From: Raillietiella orientalis
Taxonomy: Eukaryota
NCBI GenBank assembly: GCA_036172245.1
Contig: JAYWIR010000032.1
Span: 372,001-436,000 of the forward strand
Length of the DNA: 64,000 nt
Direction of reading: 5' to 3'
Part shown: positions 38,421 to 52,199 of the stretch, piece after piece
How positions within the stretch are numbered: the stretch's first letter is position 1
How the letters are laid out: the number at the start of each line of letters is the position of its first letter
The notes under the pieces: model-generated
Database searches by the model: none
What the model was told of the DNA's origin: nothing
Seen by the model: only the letters and a program-made list of their open reading frames with translations
Translations under genes and position numbers: made by a program

Positions 38421-39539
38421 CAGCAAAAGGAAGGCCTTCCACGTTCCTAATTGCTGGCCACGCCACCCTACTACCCCGGTCTCGACATGACCTCTGTTCC
38501 GGATTTCCAAGGATCCGTTCAGAATCCACGGATCCTCTTTGCCAGGTGCGGCCAATTGGCTGCGTTTGGGGTCCCAGTCAAACATCAACGTGTCTTGTGG
38601 CTCGAACCAGCGGTCAACGAGCTCCTTGTTCGACCTACCCGTGAGCGTTGTGCGTTCCAGTGTTGCCACCACCAGATGAATTGTCGACAGGATTCTCTAC
38701 GGTTTCCGTCACATGGTGATCCGGGAGAGACAGACGCTCCATTCATACGGCGTCCTGCAGAGAGCATCGTTCATTTTGACTGGTCACTCAGAACGTGCTC
38801 CCAGCATGCATGTCCCTCCTGCTCTGCAAACATCATCATCCACTTCTTCTGTGCTGGGGACGCCCGCTTGTCTCAGGAGCTCCGTTGCCAACGTTCGCTA
38901 CGAAGCCGGTGGTTGCTCCATTTCCTTTGCCGCTCTTCTTCCAGAGACTGGACAAGAATCGTCGAGTGTGACAGCGCACTGCGGGATGCTCTCGCTGTTG
39001 GATGGCCGCAGGTCGCCCGTTTTTTCCTCGGTCTGTTCCTCTGATTTGGCTGACCCGATAGCGGCATCCCCTGGTGGCGATTAGACTTTCCTCCGCGATG
39101 AGCGACCGAGAGTGCGAGTCGACGACTCTACCAGCTCCATAGAGACGCCTTTGTCTACGAAACTCCCTTCAGGAGCTACTCTCACGGGCGGCAAGTTCAA
39201 GGAAGCGTGCGAAGAGTGTGCGAAGCGGCAAATCGCGAGATCTCAAAAGATTCCTCGCCTGCCGATCTAGGGATGCGAACTGCTGCGCAAGGATTCCTCG
39301 TCGCCTCTCTAGCGTCCTGGTGAACCTGTGGCGGAAGGTCCTGCCGTCTCCAAGAACTATGAGAACTGTTTATCTTTGCTTGGCACGAGTGCGTGCCTTT
39401 AGAGTTTCACCAGGAATGCTTTCTTCTCTCCTGCTAATCGCTAGGTGGTGTGATGAAAAATCCTACTTTCTTCCTTCTTTCATCATATGGCACTCCCGGC
39501 CATCTGATGACTGTAAAACATGTCCTCAAAAAGACGTTC

Positions 39540-40100
39540 ATTGTGACTACAGGAATGCCTTCCAGCAGCTGACTGTGAGCTGAAGTCTTTTTGATTTTGA
39601 TAGCCAAAATGTGTGCATAGGAGCCACAGAAAATTTACTCTTCCACTGAAGCCCTCCTTGTGAAAGTGAATTAAATCGATTAAAGCTGGAAGAACAGAGC
39701 CAAGCGCTTAGAGACGCTGCGTCCTCTTCAGTTCGCAAAAATGGGAAACAGAACTACATTACTTCTAGGAAGAATCTGAAAGAAAAAATGGGCGCCTCTC
39801 GTAATCAAGAACGGGGACGGAAACTTCCTTGGGTGCACTTTTCCAGAGCCGCTCGAGGTAAAAAGTGGACCGATGCCCACGGAGAAGCTAAATAGCCTTC
39901 GTGCATCCAAACCAGCGAGAGCACTTCTCAGGGTGGGTTCGCCGATGCTACGCCGAATTTCTTATGAAAGATCAGCGGGAAACGGAGCTAATTGGAGCTG
40001 ACTTCCAAGAGTTTGTAGCTGACCAGGTGGCTGCCATGGAGACGGATGTGAGGAACGGGGAATAATGGATAAAGATGGCGGACTGTCGCTGTGGCAGGCA
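39540..40100 (-). pseudogene. IR-like C-terminal fragment
   Basis: SSFNRFNSLSQGGLQWK resembles FN..I..L.Q.GL...W. FPIFA lies upstream and LQLT..LLEG downstream. Confidence 0.4.
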
Positions 40101-40357
40101 TGGCTGAGCTGCGCGGGTTTCCTTTAAGAGCTTTCACGCTGAGTCTGAAATTCGAGACGCGGAAGATCATGGAGTCTCCAGGGAGGCGATTCGTGGTTTG
40201 TAGGTTCCGTGTATCCGAAGGAGCTTGTGGATTCTGAGAAAAATGGAAATCCGCGACGCATAATCTATAAATTCCTAAATTGAATTAAATTCCTAATCAA
40301 TGAAGTGACGGAAATCCTTTTGGGTTCTCCCCGTCTTCCAGCTTTTCCCTTTCCGGC

Positions 40358-40842
40358 TTTTCTTTCTTTTGGTACGTCAAGTGCTCCAAGAAACCGTGTT
40401 TGCCTAGGGGCTCGAGAAGCTCTACGACAACTTTCCGCGCCACCTTTACCGAGGATGCGCGTCGACTCTTCAGTTTAGGAGGAGTACCTGGGGGGACCAC
40501 CTCATGAATCCAAGAAGTCTCGGAAGAAACGAGTCTTTCTGGAGGGAAGCCCGAAAGGGAATAGTGAAGCGCGCTTCTTACGCTCTGGAGAGGCAACCCC
40601 CGCGGAGGGTGTCAGCCAGCCCCATAGTACGCGATGGAGGTTCTCTTCCTGAGTAGAACTCCGAAGGGAACCGTATCCTCGATCCCTGGAAGGACCCCGG
40701 AGGGTCAACTTCCAAATCCTGGCCATGCAACGAGGGCACTTGGTTTCCACCAGGTCCTATTAGGCCGACCAGCGCCATTCTGCGAGTGGAATTCGAACCC
40801 TCGACGCTCCGTAACACACGCGGAGACCACAGCCATACGGCC
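40358..40842 (-). mobile_element. tRNA-derived SINE copy D (internal deletions)
   Basis: Reverse complement ggccgtatggctgtggtctccgcg...gagggttcgaattcc, shared body and tacc(A-rich) tail. Confidence 0.8.
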
Positions 40843-43299
40843 GGCATTGGAAACGCTAGTTAAAGATCCTCTCACGCTGCCGAGTCGCAAGCCGGCTGAT
40901 CCACCACTCCCGTGGCAAAGAGGGTGCCCCACTGTGGTATTGGGAGACTGGCAAGAACGGATGGGAGTTGTGTACTAGATCCGCGAGCGGCTCCGTGATC
41001 TGTCCGTGGTCTCCAGATTATCCGAGTCACAGACTCTGCTCGCCTCGAAGTCGGCGCATCTGATGAACGTTCGTTTGCGTGTCCGGTCCATGCTTGGAGG
41101 ATGCACTCGCGCTCCGCATGAAGGAGCACTAAGAATTCCGATGTCGAGTTCAGGCATCTCCGCTGAGAAAAGGGGGCCGAGAGTCGTCACGAATGGGTGA
41201 GCAGTATCTGGTGGAGAACGGAGTCAGCGTCGGATGCCCCTCTCCTTTGCCACCATCCCGGTCCCTCTCCTTTGGCGAGTTTTGATTCTCCGTTGATCCG
41301 AGATGCCATCTCAAGCCACCACGAAATGCGCTGGTCATTTTCGGATTGCTCGTCACAGATGCCATCAGTCGGGAATGGACGCGCGCGGATCTTCTCCTTC
41401 CCGGACCTCCTCCAGAATAAGAAAAAAACGAAAGAATATCAAAGAGAGTAGGAAGAACCGACCTTCCTTTCATTTCCTGGGCTCTTCGTAGGAAGGTTTA
41501 AACACGCCGGGATCTCCGGAAAGCAGCAGCTCCTGCAGAGCTGAACCAATGGCAGCGTCCCACGAATCTGCATTTTTCCGTCCTCCGATCTTTTTTTTCT
41601 ACGGGAACAAACGACCGAAAGCAGGAAATTATCTCCCGTCCAGTTGCACCGTGTGCAAATGCGAGAGTAAACTGGCGATCTCCCGACTGATTCTTGCAGC
41701 CATGAAATTGTAGCGCCACCCTTACGCGAGAAGACATCAGCATGCCGAAAGAGTTGGCGCAAACTTTTGAAAAAAGGGACCTTTATTTAGATAAGTTTAT
41801 CTTCTAATCCCGAGGAGGCACTCAATCAAGGGGGAAAAAAGCAGCCCTAAATTATAGGGCCTCTTTGGACCATGATTGTCAGTTTCTTTGTGTGCACAAA
41901 GCGTTACTTGGCCATTACAGAGTCCTGGTTTTGAACCCGGAAAGGAAAGAAAATTCCTCAAAGTGCTCTGCGTTGAGAAATACTCTTGTTCGACATTCGT
42001 CATGTCTGCCTCGGGGGGAGGGAGGCTGCAGATACGTGCAGACGCGTTCGGAGTTTCTTCACGTCCCGCGAGGAACATCGGGTGCCGTTTGATTCCCGAA
42101 TGCTACATAAAATTTGCTCATCCAAAACATCCCATCTTAGAAAAAGTCTCCTGAGTGGACCTTCCGAAATTCGCAATTAAATCTGATCTTCCAGGAATCA
42201 CGACTCACGATGCCGGATCTCTCAGCTTGTAGGAATTTCAAGAAAAACAAAACGACCGAGCCGAGCAGCCAGGGATGATTTGCTCACTCCGCACGCTGGA
42301 CCACAGCATGGAAATTTTCCGCATACCTCATGCGCTTACGAGATCTTCTTTTGCCAAGCATCTCGTGACTGATTGAAAGAAATCGCAATTGGCTTGCAGC
42401 GTCGAATTTTTTTTGTGATGGCCAAACTCCACGTTAGCCCCAACACCGCTTCTGTGGAGCCCGCAGACGGCGAATCCTTGCGTGTCGGGACTCTTTTTCT
42501 GGTGTCATCACCCGCATGGTTACAAGAACATCCGATTACAGAATGGGATGAAGAGCAAGGAATAGGCCGATGGAGAGTGGAAAGCCTTCCCAGAGAACCA
42601 ATCACCCCTTTGGTCGGCTGCCGCCTACAAGCGGAGTGAAAGTGAAAAAGGAAAGCGATTTTTTGGTGACTCAAGAAATGTTTCATTGCAAGAAAATACC
42701 AAGGGTAACCTCTCAGCTTACAAAACAGCCTAGGTCTTCCATCCTTCTGGAGGATTTGTTGAATCTCTGGAACCGAGTGTACTGCGTCTGAGGAAGGGAT
42801 GCTTTGCCTCTGTGTCATAACGTGAGGGAAAAAAAAGTTAGGGTGTTCCCTGAAAGCGCGTTGTGTCCAAAAATTTTGCAGGCACAGTGAAGCTTTTGCA
42901 CCCGTGTTCAGAAGTGTGCCGCAGGAGCAGCTCTGCCGAGGTAACTTGTGGGATTCCTACGCTTATTGCCGGAGAAGACGATTAAAGTATCTGCAGGAGG
43001 CAATGAACATCCACGAGGATCAAAAGAACCTTTTCCTGGGACCATACGAATGTCTCCTAGCAGTTGACCATGAACTGGAGTCTTTTTGCTTCTGATGACC
43101 AGACGTCTGTGTCTATCTTCACTAGCCGGATCCCCCCCCCCCCCTTTGGTCTTCGGCATCGCCAACGCGTCCGCAGCGCTGCCGAAGAATGTGATTCCTG
43201 ACCTCATCGACCTAATATTTTTTTTTCTTATTCTTCACCACCGTCGTTGGCACCATCCCGATGCCGTTAGCATCTGGAATCGGCGAAGGGAGACATTTC

Positions 43300-43765
43300 C
43301 AAGTGAGCCTTCATGATGACCGTGAATCCTTCCAGCAGCTGCCGAAGTGCGCGGTGACGAAGGCTTCTCGGAAGCAGTTCGCCATGGCAGGGAAATGGGG
43401 CATCTTTCATGCTGTCGGCTGCTGTTGCCAAGCACGTATCCTGGCACTTGCTCCACAGGAGAAACGTCGCTCCGGAAAGAAGGTACCACTGCCAGTTCAA
43501 GGGACCCGTTTCGTCCCTGGCTTGGGACAGAGCACCCGAATTCCCATCTGAGTTCATCTTGGATAAGGAAGACTCTCCCTTCCGACGAGAGAAGTAAGCA
43601 GCAAGGAGCTGAAATGACACGCTCCCCGGCACGTGGACCGGAGAGAGTGGTTTCGTTTCTGCGTAGGTCGATGCGTGTCCGGATCCACGCAGACGCGTGT
43701 GCCTTCCAGCCCTTTTCCAACATGCTGCTCTCCCACCTGGGGCTGGAGAATCCCTCCATATGCAA
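43300..43765 (-). mobile_element. Possible APE endonuclease remnant of an L1/Tx1-like ORF2
   Basis: WIRTRIDLRRNETTL (cf. D...LQETH), WEFGCSVPSQGRNGSLELAVV (cf. W...F.S.G...GVAIL) and VPGYVL appear in APE order. Confidence 0.35.
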
Positions 43766-44985
43766 CGGTGAGGGATGAGCGGGTAGTTATTTGCCCACGG
43801 TGCGTTCGGCTCGCCTCCTCGCTATGAGGACGACCAGCCGTATGTGCTACAAATCTCGGTTTCCTGGCAGTGAGCCACAGTTCGCGCCGCGAGGAGGACG
43901 TTCCGTCATCAAGCCGAGCATCTCGCCTTCACTTCGACGAGAGGAATCACTCTGGACTACCAAACCCCTCCTTCATCTCTCCCCCCCATCTCGGTAGATG
44001 TTGCCCTCCATCTCGTCCGAAGCTTGCCGAAGGGACGACTTCGTTCAAATCGAGAAGGGGGACCGACCCAGGCGAGGAAGACTTGCGGTTCTTCCGCCAT
44101 GTTCTTGAAGCATGCTGCTCGTGGAGGGATGACCTTGAAGTATTGAATGTAGATGGATGAATTAGAGCTACAAAGTACGTCCCCCCCTTCTCCCCCCCTC
44201 AAAAAAAAGTTAAAGACATGCAGATTGTCGAGAAGTAAATGCCAACCTCTTCCTCTATCGAAGAAGACACCATCCTTGCGAATTCTGGGTAGAGCCATCA
44301 TCTCTGCTCATTCCGATTGTCATTTTGCATTCGCTGGCGAGCGCCTTCCGTTGTGCAGACACGACCTGGCCTGGAAGAGCACCTCTCACCATGTTCGGCT
44401 CTGTGCAGAAGCTAAGGAGAGCCCAATCTCCAAGCTGAACACTCGTCAAGGGCCGATTAGCAAGGTCATCCCGAAAAAATTGGACCACTCCATTCCTGGA
44501 GCAGATTTGAAGAGCTCGTGCTCCCGGAGCGAAAGGGAAAGAGGTCATAGTGGACGTGTCGTGCTCTTCCAGCCGCTCGCCGGCGACTCGGAAAGCTGTA
44601 CCACAGGATGGATCCAGCATCAGGGACCAAAGACCGTACGACACCAGTGGTGGCGGGATCGCTGGGACACCGGGATGCGAGAGATGGAGGAGCATGCGGG
44701 AAAATGAAGATTCCCAGGAGGCGGGAACACATCAGCACAGGACTGGTGAGTTCAAACATCCCGAGACGTATACAGGGGCACCTCGGAACTCGTCGGTAAT
44801 TCGTTCGGGAACTTAAGACGAGTGCCGAACGAATTTTTCAGGATCCATGATTAACGCTTAAAATACACATAAAGCACACATAAAAAAAGGAACGATTCGG
44901 TAGCCACTCTATGGAAGTGTTCGGTACTGTTCGCGACTTATTACGAGACGAAAACGTTTTCACTTGTTTTATCATGAGAGTGTGG

Positions 44986-45014
44986 TTAGGTACGTTAGGT
45001 TAGGTTAGGTTAGG
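44986..45014 (+). repeat. Interstitial (TTAGG)n tract
   Basis: ttagg-tacg-(ttagg)4. TTAGG is the common arthropod telomeric unit. Confidence 0.85.
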
Positions 45015-47549
45015 TGGTACGCCGGAAGTAGAGCGGATATTTGCGGATTGGTCCTCTGCTTTGTTCCCGGAAGAGGTTGTGATCCTGGAATCCGGGGGGG
45101 TGAAGAACAGAACGTATCTCTTGGCGACAGGAGGAGCGCCCCAGCGGAGGCCAAGGCGGACTTGAAACACCATGAGTTCGCATGCCGGAAGCTTGGTCCG
45201 GACCATTGCCCACAACGAAGGAGAGAGGAGACAGACCAAAAAGTGCATAGCCTCCGACTACGTCGCGGGTCCAAAAAGAGCGCGGGTGCCGCCAGCGATG
45301 CGACTGCGGAAAGGAAGACGGGAGGTCTTATCCTTCTCGGCCTGGTGCGCTCAGGGGAGAGGCACCCCTGAGGAGCCAGATGGCACGTCTGCAGCATGGA
45401 ACCTGCTTTTGGTGAATGGAATGAACTCCCTCCGTCAGGCGACAGCTTCTCCAATCCCTCGCCGCATGGAGGACGAGATGGGCGGCGAGCAAGCCCGGCC
45501 GTGAAAGCGCATGCAAGGCTAGTCTTCTCGCCGTCGTCCTCTCTGATCGTCTCTTCTTGTCGCTCTTCAGTATGGATCATGAGCAGCAGAACACGAACTG
45601 AAAAAGATCCAGAGTAATCCAATTAAAGGAATGGCGCGACATGCCGGACGCGTGTAATTGAGAAAATGGGGAATGCGCCTCACCGCTTTCCCATTTGTTA
45701 ATGAGGAGTTGATAGGAATTCTTTCTGGGAAGGAAAGAAGGAAGGAAGGAATGGTCTGGTGCTTTCTGAGAGGGACCCGTAGAGTTGCTCTCCTCCTTCC
45801 TGGATTTCTTCCTTCGGATTCTGCCAACACGATCTGGCGCTTAGTAGTTTCATACCCTCGCGTCCCGCGAGGTGTCTTCTTTGCCTATTCGCAAGGTGGC
45901 ATCGTCCGGACAAGAGCTCTTTCGGGATCGTTGCCTTTTAGAAAGGGGGAGCCTGACGAAAGGGGAAAAACACGTGCTCCGGCTGCAAGGGCGCTCGCGT
46001 CCCGTCTCACGCGGAAGGCATCAGCGGCAAGAGCGGGTTCCCTCGGGGTGATCGACGGTGAGAGCGACGGACAGGACAGAGCTGGAGCAACCTTGGATCG
46101 TGCCTTGAGGAGAGCGCGCTACCGGAGGATCGCTTCCATCATTGCTCGGCGCTTGTGGCCACCCGAAGTCCTCGCCCCTCGGTCGGGGGTCGCAAATGCC
46201 TTAAGGGCGAAACGAAATCCTTTCGGGCAGCCCTGCGTCCCGTTGCGAAGGTGAGCGGATCCATGGGTGCACGGAGGCCGAGGAAGGATGGCTGCCAAAG
46301 CGAGGAAGCCGGGAAGCTTCCAGTCTTGCATTCAAGCAGCGTGCGCAGCGCAAAGCCGGTTTTCGCGCCACCGCATCGCCGGTGGCTCATCGTGCGCAGA
46401 GACAGGACATGGGCGAGGCTGCACCGGCTAAAAAACCGCCGGGAATTTCATTTTCCTCGGGTCTCCCCCAATCTCCCGGAATTCCGGGAACGGATGTTTC
46501 TGGCGTGCAGGATGAAATTCCTGAGAATCTTCGCATCGCGGCTCGAGGAGGAATCCGGCAGCAGGCGCACAACGCTTCCTCCCGCTCCGGAGAGTAATCA
46601 GCATCTCTCTTTCGAACAGTGGATGAAAGAGGGAAATCTCTTCCAGGGTCGAAGGGAACAGGACAGTCTCGAAGCAATGTTGGCCATCCACCCTCAGCCT
46701 CCATCCACCGATGGATCCGCGCGCCTTCGCAAAGGAGCGCAGAGCTGCCCAAACGAATTTCGCTTCGTTCTTGAGGCAGCTGTGACCCCCCACCAGGTGG
46801 CAAGGACTTCGGACAGCCCTTCCGCTTCCTCTTGTGACGGTTCATACGCAACTGCGGAGTACCTTTCGGGGGAACCGGTCGTCGTCAAGAACCACTTCAG
46901 GAGGATCGAATGCAGCTCTCCTGCCGTCGCCTGCGGAAACCGAAACGCTCACGCTCTCTGGAGTTCGCATCCTAACCGAGAAGGAACTCTGCTGTTCCGC
47001 AGGGAAGACTCGGTCTCGGGAGTTTCGTCGAAGACTTGCTGCTCTCTGTTCTGTCAGAAATTACCGAGGAGGAGTGCCATTCCGGGCCTGCCCTGCAGCA
47101 TTCCGACAGACAAGAATGTCTTTGCTGGGATTCCTTCCTCCGCCTTCGCAGCTTCCCCTTGCTTGACTCCGTCGTTGGAAACACGGGCATCATGCATGAA
47201 GGCTTTGAGGGAATATCTAGCCCATGGACTCGTCTCCTGCACACCCAAGAGGCGCGTCCGGCATGAGGAAGCAACTTTGCAACAAGCCCGACGTCGAAGC
47301 AAACCGTTCTGGCGCCAGAGCGGCCAGAGATCGTCAGACCCCATATTTGATGACGTGGTCGACATCAGAGGCACTCTCGATGGATCTTTGGCTTAGTCCA
47401 AAAGGAAATCGGTGCCCAGTTTGATGACCAGAAAGCTGTGCTCTCCGGTCATGGTACATTCGACTCCCAGAGTTTGGAGACAGAAGGCTCGCTTGACGGT
47501 ACAAATGAAAGTCAACGGTTCCCCGAGTTCCTTTGTCAGTCTGCGGCTT

Positions 47550-48450
47550 GTATCCGGAGACTCCGGGACGTTTATTTGAAAAAAATGGAAATAAACTGCA
47601 AGGAAGAGGGGAAGAAGAATTTCCCTCGAAAAACAAAGAAAGCCAAAAAGAGGGGGGGGGGGATTACCACCGGCACGCAGGCAGGCTTCCAAAAAGTAGG
47701 GAACGAAAGGAGGGAACAATAAATAAATAAAAAAAGACGGGAAGGTGGGGACAGAGGTCTTTGGTATGTAACATTCCTTCATTTTCAGAAGCGATTGTGG
47801 ATTGTGGGCTCCCTGGCAAATTCTGGCAGATGTGGCCGCATTGCTGCTGTTCTTATGAGGGCTTCTGCCATGCTGGTGGCTTTTCTTCGCCGCGAACTTG
47901 ATTCCAGCACATGGCAGGCTGTTACCATGGCGCGGATGCAACAGATCTTCCGATCACAGAGTCCTTCTTCAGTCCGCCTTCTGTGAAGAATCATCGCAAT
48001 AAGTCCTCAGCAGTGTCCTGTGGTCGACGGAATGCTGAAGAGGTCTTCGCTACAAGGTCTCGAGAGCACTGCAGTCCAACAAAAGGTGCAGGAGCGATTC
48101 CATTGCCCAGCACCTGGAATAGTTCGGGGAGGAGACTTCCCTGGAAACCAGGTGTCTGCTCTGGTTGCACTGGAGTCCCCAGTGCACAAACAGCAAAACA
48201 TCCCGTTTCCACCGGAGCTGGAACACGGAGGTGCCCACGCAATGGGGAAGGGCCGCTAGTTTGGGGGGGGACATTCCAAGTTCACACCACCGTTTGCCCG
48301 GAAACGAGGAGTGGAGACATTCACCAACTCCCTCATCTTGCAGCCGTCGAGGAGTTTTTCCACTCGACATTTTGCTGGAGAATTCCCATCCCGCCAGCTA
48401 GCTGCTGTCATTTCTTGCCCTGAGGGGAGGTCAGTCTTTGGAAACCTCAA
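47550..48450 (-). mobile_element. L1/Tx1-like 3' fragment with intact 3' terminus
   Basis: RWKRDVLLFVHWGLQC...ESLLHLLLDCSAL. 3' UTR collinear with 51228-51700. Terminus aataaacgtcccggagtctccgga. Confidence 0.7.
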
Positions 48451-48879
48451 ATTTTGAGGGTGAGTTTCCTTCTTGAGAGCATCGTGGTGCGAAGAACGCG
48501 ACGGTCGCTCGGATACAGGCCGCTTCCGAATGTGTTGTATCCGAGCAGCTCAGGAGTCACGAAACATGGACACGGAAAGTCCAGATCTCGGACTAGAAAC
48601 GATCGGCAGCTACCGGAGCAGTCACAGGCAGGTCAACTTAGCAGAGCCTGCACAGGGAACACGCGCGCAGCAACAGGAGACGACTAGGAAGAAGTTGGTT
48701 GTTACCCGATTCCTCTGGGGACTCGTTTGCTTGAGTTTTTCCGCCTTCTTAAAAAGGGGAAGCAAACAAGCAGGAGCCGCTACTCGGGCAACGGACCCTG
48801 GATCTGCCGGCTCACTGGTCAGCCATTCAGGAAATCCTGACGGCGTAGGAAGGAACGTTTCTGGCAGGGAAGGAACATG

Positions 48880-49170
48880 AAATGAATATAAATGTAAATT
48901 AAAAAATGAGGCAAATTTCAATACCATAAAGCAGCAAATACAGGGCTGCTGCCATGCTGTATAAGGTACCATGGTAACAGGAAGGTTGATTCATGCTATG
49001 TATGAGATGGATGAGTAGCTACGAGTGGCCAGATGGAGGTGGTGGATGGCGCTGCGATGGGAGGAAGAATTGCTCTAAGAATTGTAGAAATAAGGACGAT
49101 GGCACTAAAGAGATAATGGAAAGGGAGGCTGGTTTTGGTGACGCTAAAAGAATACCAGTTGATAATCATG
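48880..49170 (-). pseudogene. IR-like pre-M1/M1 fragment
   Basis: GILLASPKPASLSIISLVP (cf. ILV..P......L.PF), followed by hydrophobic AAALYLLLYG. Confidence 0.3.
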
Positions 49171-51227
49171 AAGAACCATTAATGATAGATAATACTCAAT
49201 GATGAAAGGGCAGCTTTGCCTATTTTTAGAATTACAATCAAATGAAGTGGGTGGAGATAAGTTTCGCCTTGAGAACCCTGCCAAAACCTTTTCGCGCGAA
49301 CTCTTCGGCAGTCCTCTCCATTGCTTCGCGAAGGTGCGGCCAGAGGCGCCACTTTTCCCATCATGTCGGGAACGAAGCGGGTGGCCCACCTGGTGGCGTC
49401 GACGGGTTCTCTGCGCTTCCGCCGTGTGGCGGCTGCCGCGCAGACGTAGCGAGGGATCGCCAGCCAACCGGCTGACGGCGCGGAGCAGCAGCTCAGCGAG
49501 GACGCCGGTGCTCGACCAGGTGCTCGAGAGCAGCACCCGGCTCCTGGTTCCAGAGAAAGGACGTGGTCGTTTCCGTTTTCCCCGCTTCTCCTGCGGAGCA
49601 TCCCGGCGTCCAGCTCCAGCGACGCTGGCTCGCAAGAGAAGAAGCCTCAGCCCAGCAGCAGAGCCTCTCCGAACGCCCTGGGAAGGGCTGCGATGCCATC
49701 CACGGGGCGCCCTCCCACGCGGTCCTGTCTGCGTGGGAGACGGCGAGGCGTGGCAGCATCTATCAAAACACACGCAGGAGCTCAGGTGTTTTGTCTGCGC
49801 TTGCGGGGTTGCAGACTCACTCCGAGGCCGAGCGAGGAAGAAAGGCCGCGAAACGTAGCTGCTGTCTGAGATAGACGCCGGAGGGTCCTGTCCGCGTGGT
49901 GAAGCACCACAGATCACCACAGTAGTCCACAGATAGGACCTCCGTGTTCAACCGTTCGGCCGAGTCTGACATTCTCAGAATTATTTTCTTTCCGAAATTG
50001 TTTTGCAGCGTGCAGTGTGCATCTTTTTTAAAAAAAAAAAATTTGATATAAATATGCATTATGTAATGTAAATATATTTAACCACTTGACCATGAAAGAA
50101 GCCCAAGGAATCACGGAAAGAATGAAAAGGGTACAAGCAGAGAACATGGCGGAAATCCCCTCTTCTCTGCTGCCTGCATCCCTTCTCCACCTCTTTACCC
50201 TTCTCCACCTCTCCACCCCTTCACCTTCACCTAGTTCTCTTTGCGACGGGAGGAGGGCTTCAGAGGAAGCTACGGCGCCCCCCGGGCATGCAGAACTCCC
50301 AGAACAATGGCGATAGCGGCAGTCAGACCATCGCCCTCAATGAACGAGCGAGGAGGCCGACCAGGAAGTTCGTGGCAAGCAGTCGCTACCGGGGATGGTG
50401 ATGACATCACTGACCCCCAGCGCGAAACACAAATTCATAATAACATCTCGAAGGGAGAACGGAGAAATGCTTTAATTCATGGATACCATAAACTAAAGAA
50501 CACAATTAGCCCCCAGCACACCTGGGTCGCAATCAATTGGCTCAGTACAGTTACGTCACATGGTATGAACTGGTGGCTGTTTTTTTTTCGTTGCTATCTT
50601 GAAAAGAACGATATTAAATATTTACTATAAATACTCAAAATTCATTAGAGAACAGTGAAACGCGGGGAAAAAAGTGTAATTACACCCTGAAACTCGTTTA
50701 CGAACGAAATCAGCAGCCGAATTTTACCGCTAGGTTTCTGAGATTCATCGAACTTGGCTAGACAGTTTAGCATGGAGGCCTCATCTGTGGACCTGCACTC
50801 TTCGTATTGATATTGATTTCCATTTCAATGGATGGGTGGGTGGCTTCCTTTGATACAGAGAAGAAAACGAGCGGGAATGCCCAATTCACCGTGCTATGAA
50901 TTGAAAACCAAGAGGTCCCCATTGGCGTGATCGTCTTGCAGTCGGCAGTCTTTGGGCTGCAAGAAATCCTGCTCGCTGTAGTTCCGCTGAAGATCCCTTT
51001 CATGGTGATCCCGTCCGCTCGGTCAGGAGGACAACCCGGAAGGCTTGCTCTCCTCCGCGCGAAGAAGTCTCAAAACGTTGGCTGAACGGCTTCAGCTGCA
51101 ATTCTAACGCGGATCACCAACATGAAGCCACTACAGTGAAGCATGATCTCGCCTCAAGAGATGAGATGAGGAAGAGACCCTCCTCATCTCACAGGCTCCG
51201 GGGAAAGGTCATCTCCTTCAGGTTGGT

Positions 51228-51850
51228 TTACCCGGTCACTCCGGGATGTTTGTTTGAAAATAAACAAACTAAAAATGAGGGGACAGTGTCCCCTGAGTAC
51301 AAGTACATGACAAACAACAGGCAGAAAAAGAAGTTTACTGGGAATGACCACCGGCACGCATGCTGGCTTCTAAGGGACTCAGGAGAGGGAAGAAGGGGAC
51401 AACAAAGAAAGTGAAAAAAGACGAGTGGGTAGGGACAGAGGTCTTTGGTTTATCTGCTTCTTGCTCCCTTCAGCTGGCACTGAATGCCGACGATCGTCCT
51501 GATCACTTCTTTTGGGAGATGAAGACACCTCGTAGCCGTCCTTATCGAGGCGGTTGCTATGCTAGTGGCCCCGCCCTTTGTTTCGAACGAGACTCCAACA
51601 TGTGACGGACTGTTGCTATGGAACGGATGCAACAGATCCTCGCGATCACAGTGCCTGCCGTCAGCCCGCCTTGAACGAAGTGACACAGCTAGTCCGCAGC
51701 TGGAGTTCTACGGATGGCGTGGCGCCGAGGCTGGTCTCCGCCACACGTCCTTCAGCGCATTGCAGCCCAACAACAGACAGTTCGGGAAGAGGAGGTGGTT
51801 CCCCCGGAAACCAGGTGCCTGCGCTGGCTGCATCGGAATCCCCCCAGGAC
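51228..51850 (-). mobile_element. L1/Tx1-like 3' fragment with intact 3' terminus
   Basis: Direct homolog of 47550-48180 (gggacagaggtctttggt, cggatgcaacagatc, ggaaaccaggtg). Terminal hairpin cccggtcactccggg at 51231-51245. Confidence 0.7.
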
Positions 51851-52199
51851 AAAAACAGGTCGTCCTACATCAACAAGGTGATCAAGGACAAGGATGACCT
51901 TATCCTTGTTCGCCCAGCGCGTTCTGCTGTAGAGGGTGCCTTAAGGCCGAAAGGGCCACTTCCACATGTGGCGAAGACGCTACCTAGAGTATTCGTTTCG
52001 ATAATTCGTTCAAAGGATGACCCCTGCAAAGTGGCTTCCGACCTTGAGGCTCGCGGAGTGTCGTGTGAAGTGAAACTCCCTCACACGAGGGTGAATAAAA
52101 GTTTCCTGAAAGAGCATTTTGTAGGGACTCTGATATCTCTTTCTTCCCGCTTTTCTGTCCAGGAAAATTCCTGCTGAGGAAGACCCTCGACTCCAAATG

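Noticed and set aside
46155..47396. Longest ORF (413 aa) as a real gene
   Set aside because: It crosses unrelated repeat fragments, has no coherent domain, and has the R/S/P-rich composition of GC-rich non-coding frames.
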